A stretch of 64,000 bases of DNA from Macrostomum lignano. Its lineage: Eukaryota. Positions 34,401 to 45,439 of the stretch are shown here, piece by piece (the stretch's first letter is position 1; the number at the start of each line of letters is the position of its first letter). The stretch spans positions 372,001-436,000 of the forward strand of contig NIVC01000067.1 of assembly GCA_002269645.1 (NCBI GenBank), in the 5' to 3' direction. Made by a program: the position numbers and the translations under genes. The notes under the pieces were generated by a model. It had not been told where the DNA came from. It saw nothing but the letters and a program-made list of their open reading frames with translations, and ran no database searches.

Positions 34401-36604
34401 AACTTTTCTGGCTTCCTGTAGTTGCTACCTGCCCCCTCACCGCCAGGCTAAATTTAGCCCATGCGTTCAGGACAGGGTGGGGCCTCCTGGCCCTGCGCCT
34501 CAAGGATTTTCGCTCCAACGGAGACGCAAAAGGCAAGAGAGAAGCGATTCATACAGCCGGACAGGACAGATGGAAAACTGTGCATTCTGTGCTGTGCTGT
34601 ACTATTGCATACTGCCTCTCCTGTGCTGCCCATTCTCGAACATTCCTAACAACAAAAGCCATAAATTGCTCGATTGTTTTTGCAACTGGTTTCTAATGCA
34701 GTTCGGGGAGCCGAATACCTGGTAAACATATGTACTTTAAATAGATCTTTTAGACCCAGCCAGATGCTTCAGAAATCTCATTGACTGGTCGTAACTAAAT
34801 CTGATACAAAATTGTTTACGATCCTTCAGAACCCTACCAGATCGATCAAAAAACTGCCAGATCCCTAGGAATCCTACCAGGTCCCTCAGAACCAGATCCC
34901 CCAGAATCCTACCAGGTCCCTCAGAACCAGATCCCCCAGAATCCTACCAGGTCCCTCAGAACCAGATCCCCCAGAATCCTACCAGGTCCCTCAGAACCAG
35001 ATCCCCCAGAATCCTACCAGGTCCCTCAGAACCAGATCCCCCAGAATCCTACCAGGTCCCTCAGAACCAGATCCCCCAGAATACTTCCAGATCCCTCAGA
35101 ACCAGATCCCCCGGAATACTACCAGATCCCTCAGAACCAGATCCCCCAGAATCCTACCAGGTCCCTCAGAACCAGATCCCCCAGAATACTACCAGGTCCC
35201 TCAGAACCAGATCCCCCAGAATCCTACCATTCCCTCAGAACCAGATCCCCCAGAATCCTACCAGGTCCCTCAGAACCAGATCCCCCAGAATACTACCAGA
35301 TCCCTCAGAACCAGATCCCCCAGAATACTTCCAGATCCCTCAGAACCAGATCCCCCAGAATACTACCAGGTCCCTCAGAACCAGATCCCCCAGAATACTA
35401 CCAGGTCCCTCAGAACCAGATCCCCCAGAATACTACCAGGTCCCTCAGAACCAGATCCCCCAGAATACTTCCAGATCCCTCAGAACCAGATCCCCCAGAA
35501 TACTTCCAGATCCCTCAGAACCAGATCCCCCAGAATACTACCAGATCCCTCAGAACCAGATCCCCCAGAATACTACCAGATTAATCAGAACACTACCAGA
35601 TCAATCAGAACGCTACCAGATCCCTCAGAACACTAACAAATCCTCTAGAACACTACCAGATCAATCAGAACACTACCAGATCCCTCAAAACACTACCAGA
35701 TCAATCAGAACCCTACCAGATCCCTCAAAACACTAACAAATCCTCCAGAACACTACCAGATCCCTCAGAACCACACCAGATCGATCAGAACCCTACCAGA
35801 CGTTTCACTCACTGGGCACTCGGCAATCACGGTGACTCCGCCGCGGCAGTTGCGGGCCCAGGCGGGCAAGTCCCTGACAACTGACACATCTGACTCGTAG
35901 CCCCCAGAGTCCTCGGATCGCTTGCGCCGGACGCTAACTGCCGGTCGCCGTTTTGCGCCGTCGCCGCCGTCCCGCGGGCTGGCGGTCAGGGCGGCCGCGT
36001 CTGGCGAGAAGCGCACCAGCCGGAGCACGTTCGAGTCGTAACCAAACCGCAGCGAGTCTCCGCTCTCTAGAGGGACCGGCGTCTCCTCTGGTATTCGAGA
36101 CTCGTTCACGAATGTCTGTGGGTTATTTGTGGAACAGAGCTTTTTACATGACATTTTTAACACGAAACACCAGACCCCACCCTCTGACTTTACCCCGTTG
36201 ACGCTGCCGAGGTCTTGAATGACGTGCTGCTGCAGCCCGAAGTCGAATGACAGCAGCGCGTGCTGCGGATCGACGCTGTGCGACTGAAATAAAAAATTAT
36301 TGATAGTTCGTAGTATTCTTGCAACTTGAAACTTGTTCTTCTGTCAACAAAGACTATCAACTGAAGTGTTAAAGTGTTATGTTAACAATATTAAAAAGTA
36401 CGCAACTCGTGAATTAAAGACACTCACCTTCACTAAAATGTCGCACGACTGCCCGCGGCCAATCAGAGTGGACACGGTCTTGCCGAGCCACGTCCGTCTG
36501 GACAGACGGTCAACGGCGCACCAGATGGACTGTGCGGCTGCATCCTTCGCAGCGCTGCGGCCTGGTCGGCTGGAGGTGGCAAGAAACACGTAGTCGTCCT
36601 CCAT
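16628..36604 (-). CDS. CEP170: CEP170/KIAA0284-like centrosomal protein with an N-terminal FHA domain
   Basis: Exons (minus): 36604-36428, 36283-36194, 36115-35813, 30278-30047, 28513-28111, 27858-27129, 21043-20869, 19479-18206, 17749-17311, 16809-16628 (TGA), plus a possible extra exon at 24342-24295. FHA reads [22 protein letters not shown]...[34 protein letters not shown]. Recalled CEP170 motifs: [23 protein letters not shown] and C-terminal [17 protein letters not shown]. Middle exons are low-complexity, so their boundaries are less certain. Confidence 0.82.
16825..17305. repeat. About 19-20-bp minisatellite (GGATTCGGACACACTCG) filling an intron
   Basis: Occupies nearly all of intron 16810-17310. 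Confidence 0.92.
17805..18172. repeat. 39-bp intronic minisatellite (CACCCATCCCAGTCCGACAGCTACCTCACTCCCCTGCCG)
   Basis: Direct reading. Confidence 0.92.
19585..20308. repeat. 16-bp intronic minisatellite (GGTCAAGTTTCGGGTT)
   Basis: About 45 near-perfect units. Confidence 0.95.
21103..21682. repeat. 21-22-bp intronic minisatellite (GAGAGACTGGAGTGATGGGGGT)
   Basis: Direct reading. Confidence 0.93.
22161..22338. repeat. (CAGA)n microsatellite
   Basis: Direct reading. Confidence 0.97.
22810..24278. repeat. About 30-35-bp purine-rich minisatellite (GGGAGACACAAGGTGGGAGACAGAGAGAGA)
   Basis: Units carry variable (GA)n tracts; this array explains the 500-aa pseudo-ORFs. Confidence 0.95.
25078..26140. 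repeat. 8-bp satellite (GCTGTTTT/ACTGTTTT)
   Basis: Direct reading. Confidence 0.97.
26728..27116. repeat. About 31-bp intronic minisatellite (CACTGTACACCTGACACAACTCAGCAACCCA)
   Basis: Starts about 10 bp from the donor at 27128. Confidence 0.92.
27905..28040 (+). repeat. Unclassified dispersed hairpin repeat, copy 3
   Basis: CACAACCAGCGCTG...GCGCCAATACTGTAC...TCTGACTTTCTAATCCTGTCAGACATGTACACTCTG. Confidence 0.65.
28610..28692 (+). repeat. Unclassified dispersed hairpin repeat, copy 4
   Basis: GGGGTGTACAGCTGCCCTGACTCTCTCATCGTCAAGGGCATGTACACACTGTGCCTTGGGGGTTG. Confidence 0.65.
29430..30035. repeat. 39-bp intronic minisatellite (GGACAGGCAGCAGCGGACACCTTTGACTGGCTGTCT core)
   Basis: Abuts the donor at 30046. 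Confidence 0.93.
30794..31093 (+). mobile_element. tRNA-derived CORE-type SINE
   Basis: tRNA-like head with A box TAGCCTAGTGG and B box GGTTCGATTC; central TGTGTCCTTGAGCAAGGCACTTAAC...CAGTTCACCCAGCTGTAAAATGGG resembles the recalled MIR/CORE domain; AT-rich (TTA)n-like tail. Confidence 0.8.
31350..31660. promoter_or_regulatory. Candidate enhancer: cluster of AP-1, CRE-like and NF-kB motifs
   Basis: TGA(C/G)TCA at 31356, 31435 and 31555; TGACGCA at 31587 and 31648; GGGAAATCCC at 31368-31377. Motif match only. Confidence 0.35.
31790..32095 (-). mobile_element. tRNA-derived CORE-type SINE, inverted relative to the copy at 30794
   Basis: Near-identical reverse complement of 30794-31063; both ORF-track translations share [24 protein letters not shown]. 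Confidence 0.8.
32278..32378 (+). repeat. Unclassified dispersed repeat, left-half copy 5
   Basis: CACAATCAGCGCTGTGAGGCAGTTCTGCCC...GCGCCAATACTGTACACACGCTCGCACAGGGTGT matches the left part of copies 2 and 3. Confidence 0.55.
32689..34004. mobile_element. Non-autonomous hAT-type DNA transposon in a CEP170-like intron
   Basis: 14-bp TIR TAGGGGTGTTCGGG, 8-bp TSD CTCCAAGC (32681-32688 and 34005-34012), subterminal GGGTTCGG-type repeats at both ends, AT-rich non-coding interior. Confidence 0.9.
34830..35800. repeat. About 36-bp intronic minisatellite (CCAGATCCCCCAGAATCCTACCAGGTCCCTCAGAA)
   Basis: Abuts the donor at 35812. Confidence 0.93.
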
Positions 36605-38349
36605 GGCATTTCTAGTGCGAGCTGCGGGTGCAAGACCAGTTTAAAGTGCGAGTTCAAAGTAGAACAATATAAATCTAATTTTAGTAAATATATAAATAAG
36701 CATTACATAACCTAATACATAAAAATGTACTATTTTAATAAAACCTTAAAAAAGTTTTTAAAGATAAGTCTCAGATAAATAGTTAGGAACTCAGCATAAT
36801 TTAAGCTTAAACTAAGTCTTTAACTAAGTCTCTAAGTCTAAAGCTTAGCTTTAGTTTTGAAAGCAAACAAGAATATTTCAGCTGTTATTCTTAATATATT
36901 CAGTGCTTTTAAATTGAATTTATAGAAAAATTAGAAAGTAGAAAGCATATGTTTAATTGAATTGATCTATGTCAGTAGTGTGCCAAATGTGTTCTTATAT
37001 GTGAATATTAGATCAATACAATCTTAGTGTCTAGAATAGAGTGAATAGTTAATTAGCTATCTTTGTTAGTTCATTACTAAACAAAATATGATTGAGGAGA
37101 TTTTGTTTCTTGAAATCTTCACAAACAATTCGATAAAAATGAATCGTTATTTATACTATAGATCATAATCATATATATCATATGTATACATTAATGTATC
37201 TATAAATCATATATATATACACAAATACTATTGACTACCAACAACGAATCAAAGAGCTCAAAGAGCTCAAATTCTAATGACAAAAAATGAAAAGAGATCT
37301 GAACAGATCTAGATTATAGTAGCAATCCAACACTTATGGAAGCTTTTAAGTCGAATTTTTCGCGTGTAGATGCATGAACGTTACTGCACGTTGCTCATCA
37401 ATGCACGCTGTTTGAACTGTTTCCTTGAATATAAGTGTTTTGTAATTGCGATGAATAATTAAAATATTAAAACAAAATTGTATTATTGCGAATTAGAAAC
37501 GCAAGTATTCACTCAAGTTTACTAAAAAATTGAGCTTAATAAAAAATCACCGTTGGATTTTGAGCTAAGTGAAATTAAATTTTTATTCAAGACCACGATA
37601 TTTCAAACTAAGCCGGATCTTCATTCTAATACATGTAAGGAGTGCTCTTTCGTGCGAAAAAGCAAAATACATTTACCAACACTACAGTAATTTGCTTTGC
37701 CGTTTTAAATTCGCAGAAACTGGCTTAATTTTATTTTTATAAGATGAAGCAACATATTTTGTTCAAACTTTCAGCCAACCTTAATATTTTTTATCGATCT
37801 CTTTTTGAGTCTCTTAGAGTCTAGATTACTCATAAATAAAAGGCACACATCCAATCATCCATTACCTATTGTGCATTTAAGAAGATAATTCCGTCATACT
37901 TTACAAAAGGGCAATGCAGTGATAATTATGTCAGGATTTATTCCTACACCTCGCAAAACTACTTTCTCATTCTACTGGCTCAATTCAACTTATCCACTGA
38001 TTTTTATCCATAATAGTATGCAATTCTTTTACAAAATAAATATACAAAGCAAAGTCGAGTATATGCAGGTAAATTCACTTTCTATATCTTTCTTTGCACT
38101 TGAACTCTTGTTTACAATTACACATACATGTACAATTGAAAACAAATAGAAACGCTTTCAGCTCTGCAGATAAAAACAAGGTGAGTAATGATCAAACGAG
38201 CAAAAGATTCCTTGGGTAAGGCTTAATCGCCTCAGATCAGGAAATAAATTTCCAGTTGAAGACAAGATCAATGGAGAGCAGGGAGAGGCTCCACAGTTGC
38301 GGATAAAATCAATGAAGAACGGGCGAGGCTTCAAATCAAACAGTCGCAG

Positions 38350-39404
38350 CTACGGCGCCATTGCCAGCGAGCTTAGGGCTGATGGCGCCGGCATAGGCGA
38401 TGGACGTGTCAACTCGACCATAGCGGTGTCGGCGAGCCGCGCCAGCTCGGCAACGTGGCGATCTTGGGCCGGGCCATCGGGCACTTCGCAAGCCATGAAG
38501 CGCGCAACTCCGCGCACGTAGTCGGCGTTGGCTCCGGCTCGGCCCGTTGCCATAGCAACCTGACGCGCCTGCCGATCAAGACCGGCCTCGCCCAGGTAGC
38601 GCCAGTTGTCGGGCTCTGCCACGTAGGTGAAGGCGGTGATATCGGGCGGAGGTGTTGTTGGAGGCGCCGACAGTGGTCTGAAGGTGACGCGGCGGAGTCG
38701 GTAACCGCCAAGGCGAGCTTCGCGCTCGCTAAGGTGCGCCATTGCGGCTAAAACGCTCTCGGCGCCGCTGACCTCGTAGAGGACGCCCCATGTGCAACAT
38801 TCGGGGTCCGGCAGCAGGGTAGCGACTCGACCGGGCTGCAGTTGAGAGCGGATTTCAAAATAAAGAAGTAATTTTAGTTCATAAAGGTCACTAAAAGGTC
38901 AAGTTGAGTCATCAAAAGGTTAACCAGGGTCAGCAGAGGTCAATCAAGATCAGCAGAGGTCAACTAGGGTCAGCAGAGGTCAACTAGGGCCGTTAGAAGT
39001 CAACTGGGTCGTTAGAGGTTAACTAGTTTAGCAAAGTGTAACCAAGGCCAGCAGAGGTCAGTCTGGATCAGCAGAGGTCAACCAGTCAGCAGAGGTTAAC
39101 CAGAGTCAGCAGACGTCAAACAGGGTCAGCAGAGGTCAAACAGGGTCAGAAGAGGTCAACCAGTGGCGGTAAACAGAGAGGGCCAGCGGCTCACCAGGTC
39201 CGGGGTGCCCCTGTGCCAGACGCTGCCCTGGTAGAAGCGCCGCTTGAACCCGGGAGCGAAGCCGACAATGCGCCCGCTGTAGGGAAATCCGGGCCGCCAG
39301 ATCAGCGAACCGTAGCCGAAAATCCTCAGCGGCGGTCCGTCAGCTGCCGCGGCCGCTGCGGCCGCCTCAGCCACCTCAACAGACTCAGGCGATTCTTCGA
39401 CCAT
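38350..39404 (-). CDS. CHAC1: ChaC glutathione-specific gamma-glutamylcyclotransferase (CHAC1-like)
   Basis: Two exons, 39404-39195 and 38835-38350, with a phase-0 GT-AG intron. Motifs IFGYGSLIWRPGF, RRFYQGSVWHRGTPDLPGRVATL, WGVLYEV, REARLGGY, YLG and GANADYV. Confidence 0.93.
38905..39160. repeat. Degenerate about 19-bp minisatellite in the ChaC intron (CAGCAGAGGTCAACTAGGGT)
   Basis: Direct reading. Confidence 0.8.
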
Positions 39405-39499
39405 TTTATTTGCTGTCCTGACGAATGCAGAAATAGAATTTCCTCCTGCTTCCCACTCTGTCCTTCCCACTCACGGCGAGGGTTTAAATAAAGCTACGC

Positions 39500-39620
39500 G
39501 GTTAAATGAAGGGCGAAGGGAAAAGGGAATTCCAAATCGGGCGGAGAGGCGGTGAGGGGTGGGGCGGTTCGATCGGGCCTCCTTTCTGCCCCCCAGCAGT
39601 TTTGGCCGCCCACGCGAATT
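39500..39620 (-). promoter_or_regulatory. Candidate GC-box promoter upstream of ChaC
   Basis: GGGCGG at 39539 and 39562 in a CpG-containing patch 130-170 bp upstream of the ChaC ATG. Confidence 0.3.
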
Positions 39621-39854
39621 TATAGGACTTTTTTACAGCTGATGCAAGGCGAGGAGGAGACGGGGTAGGGGAGGGCAGAGTGCCCTGATTCGAAGCTTCC
39701 TTTGAAATTGAAGTGGAGGAAGTGAGATGAGATTGTGATTGAAGAAGACAGGGCGTGAGCGAGTGAGAAAGGGATGGAGAGATGAGAAGGTTATGAAATC
39801 TTTGAGGTCATGTGAAGATTATGAAAAGGAGTTGAGTTTAGCAAGTGAGTTAGT

Positions 39855-40940
39855 GTCGGACCGTGTGTCTGACCGTGTTTCTGACTGCGTGTCTGACGTG
39901 TGTCTGACCGTGTGTCTGACTGTGTGTCTGTGTGTCTGACCGTGTGTCTGACTGTGTGTCTGTGTGTCTGACCGTGTGTCTGACTGTGTCTGACTGTGTG
40001 TCTGACCGTGTGTCTGACCGTGTGTCTGACCGTGTGTCTGACTGTGTGTCTGACTGTGTCTGACCATGTCTGACCGTGTGTCTGACCGTGTCTGACTGTG
40101 TGTGTGACCGTGTGTCTGACCGTGTGTCTGACTGTGTGTCTGACTGTGTGTCTGACCGTGTGTCTGACTGTGTGTCTGACTGTGTCTGACCGTGTGTCTG
40201 ACCGTGTGTCTGACCGTGTGTCTGCTGACCGTGTGTGTGACCGTGTGTCTGACCGTGTGTCTGACTGTGTGTCTGACTGTGTGTCTGACCGTGTGTCTGA
40301 CTGTGTGTCTGACTGTGTCTGACCGTGTGTCTGACCGTGTGTCTGACCGTGTGTCTGCTGACCGTGTGTCTGACCGTGTGTGTGACCGTGTGTCTGACTG
40401 TGTGTCTGACTGTGTGTCTGACTGTCTGACTGTGTCTAACTGTGTGTCTGACTGTGTGTCTGACTGTGTGTCTGACCGTGTGTGTGACCGTGTGTCTGAC
40501 TGTGTGTCTGACTGTCTGACTGTGTCTAACTGTGTGTCTGACTCTGTGTCTGACTGTCTGACTGTGTCTAACTGTGTGTCTGACTGTGTGTCTGACTGTG
40601 TGTCTGACCGTGTGTGTGACCGTGTGTCTGACTGTGTGTCTGACTGTGTCTGACTGTGTGTCTGACCGTGTGTCTGACCGTGTGTCTGACCGTGTGTCTG
40701 CTGACCGTGTGTCTGACTGTGTCTGACCGTGTGTCTGACTGTGTCTGACTGTGTGTCTGACTGTGTGTCTGACCGTGTGTCTGACTGTGTGTCTGACCGT
40801 GTGTCTGACTGTGTCTGACTGTGTGTCTGACCGTGTGTCTGACCGTGTGTCTGACCGTGTGTCTGACTGTGTGTCTGACTGTGTGTCTGACCGTGTGTCT
40901 GACTGTGTGTCTGACCGTGTGTCTGACTGTGTGTCTGACT
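39855..40940. repeat. About 12-bp satellite (GTGTCTGACYGT)
   Basis: Direct reading. Confidence 0.95.
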
Positions 40941-41382
40941 GAGTGGGCAGGCAGAGTTGAATCTACTTGCCGACAGCTGGCCAAGATCGGATAGGGAAAA
41001 TGTCCGGGGTTCAAGTCCAATTTATTTTAGTCTCTAACGGATGCATTCCCAAGCCACCAGCACTTTCAGGCCTGCCAACACCGCAAGGCAGTGTCTATTT
41101 TTGGAAGACATTTTCATCAAAGCTCGCAGCAAACACGCATGGGAAATGTGTTGCACTAGAAATTATTGGAAGACCAAACACGTGACAGACATTGAGGCTC
41201 TTTGGAAGCGCATTTCATCGTCACTGCAGCACTGTGTGACATTTGGTCTTCATTGGTCTTCATGCACTTATAAACTTTTTTAGTTGGATCTCTTACATAG
41301 GAAGTTTGACAATAGGCATAAACAATTTTCTAAGTAGCAAAAACAGAAATATGATAGAAATCTGTGTTTTCAGTACCTGTGA

Positions 41383-41615
41383 AAACAGGGGATGCTACCA
41401 CCGGTGCTGCAGTGAGCAACAGGGGATGCTACCACCGGTGCTGCAGTGAGCAACAGGGGATGCTACCACCTGTGCTGCAGTGAATAACAGGGGATGCTAC
41501 CACCTGTGCTGCAGTGAGCAACAGGGGATGCTACCACCTGTGCTGCAGTGAGCAACAGGGGATGCTACCACCTGTGCTGCAGTGAGCAACAGGGGATGCT
41601 ACCACCTGTGCTACA
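41383..41615. repeat. 34-bp minisatellite (GAGCAACAGGGGATGCTACCACCTGTGCTGCAGT)
   Basis: About 6-7 units. Confidence 0.92.
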
Positions 41616-42612
41616 GTTAACAATAGAGGATGCTACGAGTACAACAGGGGTGCTGAAGAGTACAGCGAATTACAGCGAATTACAGCGAATTACAGGTGAT
41701 TCAGTACAGAAACTGTATCGTACGACTTTCGAATAAGTTTTTAGAAGTGAAAATTAATTAGGCTTGGAATCATGTCCCTTTTTACTACTCACGTTAGTAG
41801 CAAAGTATATTTTTGTAAACAATATTAAACTGTATTTTATATTTTGGTATGCAATAATTTGTACAGTAGGAGCCGGGCCAACACCAATCAGTCAGGGCAG
41901 AGCTCTGTGTTGAAATTGCTTTGATGAAGCCAGAAACAGCATCTATAAACAGAAGCCCTAACAGGTTCGGACCAAAGGATATCGCACAAAATCTTCGATT
42001 TTAAGCTGGCTAGAATAGTAAGTAAAACCTTTACGTTTATTTACGAGTATTTGCATTTTCTTTTACCTGACTGACTGATCATTGATTGAGTCTATTAAAG
42101 AAATTCTTTGAAATTCCTTTTGCATCTATATGTGTATATAGCTTCTATATTTATCTGGATAAGCGCCAGCAAGCGTTATTATGGGATAAGTCGTTAGCCT
42201 GTGTACTTTGTTCCCAATAAAAGCTGGGGAGATTTTAAAACCAAGAGGCTGAGAAGTCACTCTGTAATTGAATCTTAGCTCATCGCCCCGATCTGCTCAA
42301 AGCCCCCCTACTGGGCCTCCGGGCAAGTAACGACCGTTTTTTCTTTGAGCCGCTAGTTCTGGGTTTTTTAAAACTCGACTACTTCACGGACACTCCGGCG
42401 CGGTCGCTTGGGTAATTTGAGCGTCAAAGAAATTTCTAGATCGCTTAGTGAAGTCTGAAGTGCTAGCGGGCCCGCTTTAACGAGTCCACTCAGTCAGTTC
42501 CTCGTCTAGTCTGCGCTCAAGCAAATTCACTAAGCTATCAACGGTAGGCTTAGAAAGTTAACTGTCCATAAATATCGGAAATGAAAATTTCTACAGCCGT
42601 ACGCCTCAAAAC

Positions 42613-43808
42613 CTACAGTGCAGTGGCACCCGAAACCTTACAGTGGCTCCCCAAGCCCAACAGTGGCGCCCCAAGCCCAACAGTGGCACCCCAAACACTA
42701 CAGTGGCGCCCCAAGCCCAACAGTGGCACCCCAAACCCTACAGTGGCGCCCCAAGCCCAACAGTGGCACCCCAAACACTACAGTGGCGCCCCAAGCCCTA
42801 CAGTGGCGCCCCCAAACTCTACAGTGGCGCCCCAAACTCTACAGTGGCGCCCCAAACCCTACAGTGGCGCCCCCAAACCCTACAGTGGCGCCCCAAGCCT
42901 ACAGTGGCGCCCCAAACCCTACAGTGGCGCCCCAAACTCTACAGTGGCGCCCCAAACCCTACAGTGGCGCCCCAAACCCTACAGTGGCGCCCCAAATTCT
43001 ACAGTGGCGCCCCAAACCCTACAGTGGCGCCCCAAACCCTACAGTGGCGCCCCAAGCCTACAGTGGAGCCCCCAAACCCTACAGTGGCGCCCCCAAACTC
43101 TACAGTGGCGCCCCAAACCCTACAGTGGCGCCCCAAACCCTACAGTGGCGCCCCAAGCCTACAGTGGAGCCCCCAAACCCTACAGTGGAGCCCCAAACCT
43201 TACAGTGGCGCCCCCAAACTCTACAGTGGCGCCCCAAACCCTACAGTGGCGCCCCAAACCCTACAGTGGCGCCCCAAGCCTACAGTGGCGCCCCAAACCC
43301 TACAGTGGCGCCCCAAACCCTACAGTGGCGCCCCAAACCCTACAGTGGCGCCCCAAACTCTACAGTGGCGCCCCAAACCCTACAGTGGCGCCCCAAACCC
43401 TACAGTGGCGCCCCAAGCCTACAGTGGAGCCCCAAACCCTACAGTGGCGCCCCCAAACTCTACAGTGGCGCCCCAAACCCTACAGTGGCGCCCCAAACCC
43501 TACAGTGGCGCCCCAAACTCTACAGTGGCGCCCCAAACCCTACAGTGGCGCCCCAAGCCTACAGTGGAGCCCCCAAACCCTACAGTGGAGCCCCAAACCT
43601 TACAGTGGCGCCCCCAAACTCTACAGTGGCGCCCCAAACCCTACAGTGGCGCCCCAAACCCTACAGTGGCGCCCCAAGCCTACAGTGGAGCCCCAAACCT
43701 TACAGTGGAGCCCCAAACCTTACATTGGCGCCCTCAAACCCTACAGTGGCGCCCCAAGCCCAACAGTGGCGCCCAAGCTCTACAGTGGCGCCCTCAAACC
43801 TTACAGTG
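42613..43808. repeat. 20-21-bp minisatellite (TACAGTGGCGCCCCAAACCC)
   Basis: Bracketed by a 17-bp direct repeat (see findings). Confidence 0.95.
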
Positions 43809-44252
43809 CGCCAAGCAAATTCACTAAGTACCCTAAGTTCCCCTCAACCCTAACGTAGCAGTGATGCCCCCCGAACCCCAAACTAGCTGCAGTGCTCATA
43901 AGAAGTAAATAAACAACTTGTACCCAGTAAAAGTACACACCAGCCTTGGAAAGTTGCAGGTTGCAGTCAGCTATTCCATTCGACCTGACAGACAGTATTG
44001 AATAATCAGCAATGCAGATCAAGGGTTGAATACACCAGCATTGCAGCATTAACCCTTCTCTCCTGATCCCTACCTCGGGGGCACAGCTCGAAGTCCCCCT
44101 CAGCTGGCAGCGGCAGCCCCCGGGAGCCAGCAGTCTCAGCTGGAGATTCGCTAATCAAAGGCAACATCTGATTGGCCGCTGCTCCACTCGGCCCTCTGAG
44201 GCAAAAGACCGCTCTGGCTTCGGAGGCCAGCGCCCTCTGGGTGCACTGAGCC

Positions 44253-45317
44253 ATGGCGGAGGCTGCTGACGAAGCTGCGGCACCTCTGCCGCTGATCTGC
44301 CTGACCGTCTCCGTGCTGGTCACCTGCTGTCACGTGATCTTGGCGACGTCAATCTCGGAGCTGCGCCGCTTGTACAGCTGGCCGCTGCTGTCGCCACTGT
44401 CGCTGCACCTGGCCAATGGCGCCTCCCAGCTGGTCGCCTGCGGCGCGGAGCGGCTCGGTGCCGGCTGGACCGACTGGCTGACGGCGGCCAACGCCAGCGC
44501 TCACCTGTTCGGGCTGCTCACCGCGTCCTGGACTCTCAGCATCGCCGTGAGCTTCTGGCGACAGCGCCGACGGTGGCGGCGCCACTTGCACGCATCGGCT
44601 GCTGATGTCGACGCCAGCTGGCTGTCGAAGCTGCGCCGCCTGGCCATCAGCGCCCTGTTCGCCGCTCCCTTCCTGGCCGCGGGCCTGGCGGGCGGTCCGG
44701 CCGGCCTGGACACGGCGCGCTACAACGCCAGCTTGCCGCAGATTTTCCGGCGCCAGCGGAACTGCAGCGAGCAGCAGCAGCAGCAGCAGCCGGCGCCGCA
44801 GGCGGTGGACGAGCTGCAGCGGGCAGCGATGTCGCACGCGTGGCTGCTCTTCCTGCCTGCCCTGCTGGCCTACGGGCTGCAGCTGGCGCCGCTGCTGCCC
44901 GCCTCCGCAGCAGCCTCGGCAGCGAAGCTGGACGCGCCGGAGCTGTCAGCGCCGACCATCGCCGCCGCCTGCGTCCGCTGCCGGGCGCTGTCAAAGTTCG
45001 CCGCCACCAGCCTGGCGGTGCAGGCGAGCGGCCTGCTGTCCGTGGCCCGGTTCCGCGGCTGCGACGGCCCCTGCCTGTGGTACGCGCACTACATGCTGCA
45101 GGCGCTGCAGTCAATCTTCATCGCGGTCAGCTGCCTGCTGTCCCGCGGCCCTGTCGAGGCGCTGGCTGACGCCTGCAGCGGCGGCGGCGGCCTCGGCGGG
45201 CTGGGCAGGGAGGACACCAAGCTGGAGTCCGGCCTGGGCCGCCTGGCCGCGGCGATGAACTCGCGAAAGTCGCCTGGAGGTCAGCGGCGCTGCGCCTACC
45301 ATAGAGCGGGCCGCTAG
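44253..45317 (+). CDS. Intronless 7TM protein, secretin/adhesion/Methuselah-like GPCR, with no ectodomain
   Basis: 354-aa GC-rich ORF with seven hydrophobic segments. TM1-ELRRL loop, TM3 AHLFGLLTASWTLSIAVSFWR and TM7 LQALQSIFIAVSCLL resemble family-B motifs (recalled HYFxLxxFxW and LQGxFIF). An in-frame TGA lies two codons upstream of the ATG. Confidence 0.65.
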   Translation: MAEAADEAAAPLPLICLTVSVLVTCCHVILATSISELRRLYSWPLLSPLSLHLANGASQLVACGAERLGAGWTDWLTAANASAHLFGLLTASWTLSIAVSFWRQRRRWRRHLHASAADVDASWLSKLRRLAISALFAAPFLAAGLAGGPAGLDTARYNASLPQIFRRQRNCSEQQQQQQPAPQAVDELQRAAMSHAWLLFLPALLAYGLQLAPLLPASAAASAAKLDAPELSAPTIAAACVRCRALSKFAATSLAVQASGLLSVARFRGCDGPCLWYAHYMLQALQSIFIAVSCLLSRGPVEALADACSGGGGLGGLGREDTKLESGLGRLAAAMNSRKSPGGQRRCAYHRAGR

Positions 45318-45439
45318 AGGCCAGGGCAGAGAACAGGGGGACATGTCACCTCCTGTAAAAGCTTTGCGGGGGAATTGCCAATGCTTTGTCCCCCCCAACC
45401 CCACCTTGTGACCCGTTGTAGTAATCAATAATTTTTCTT

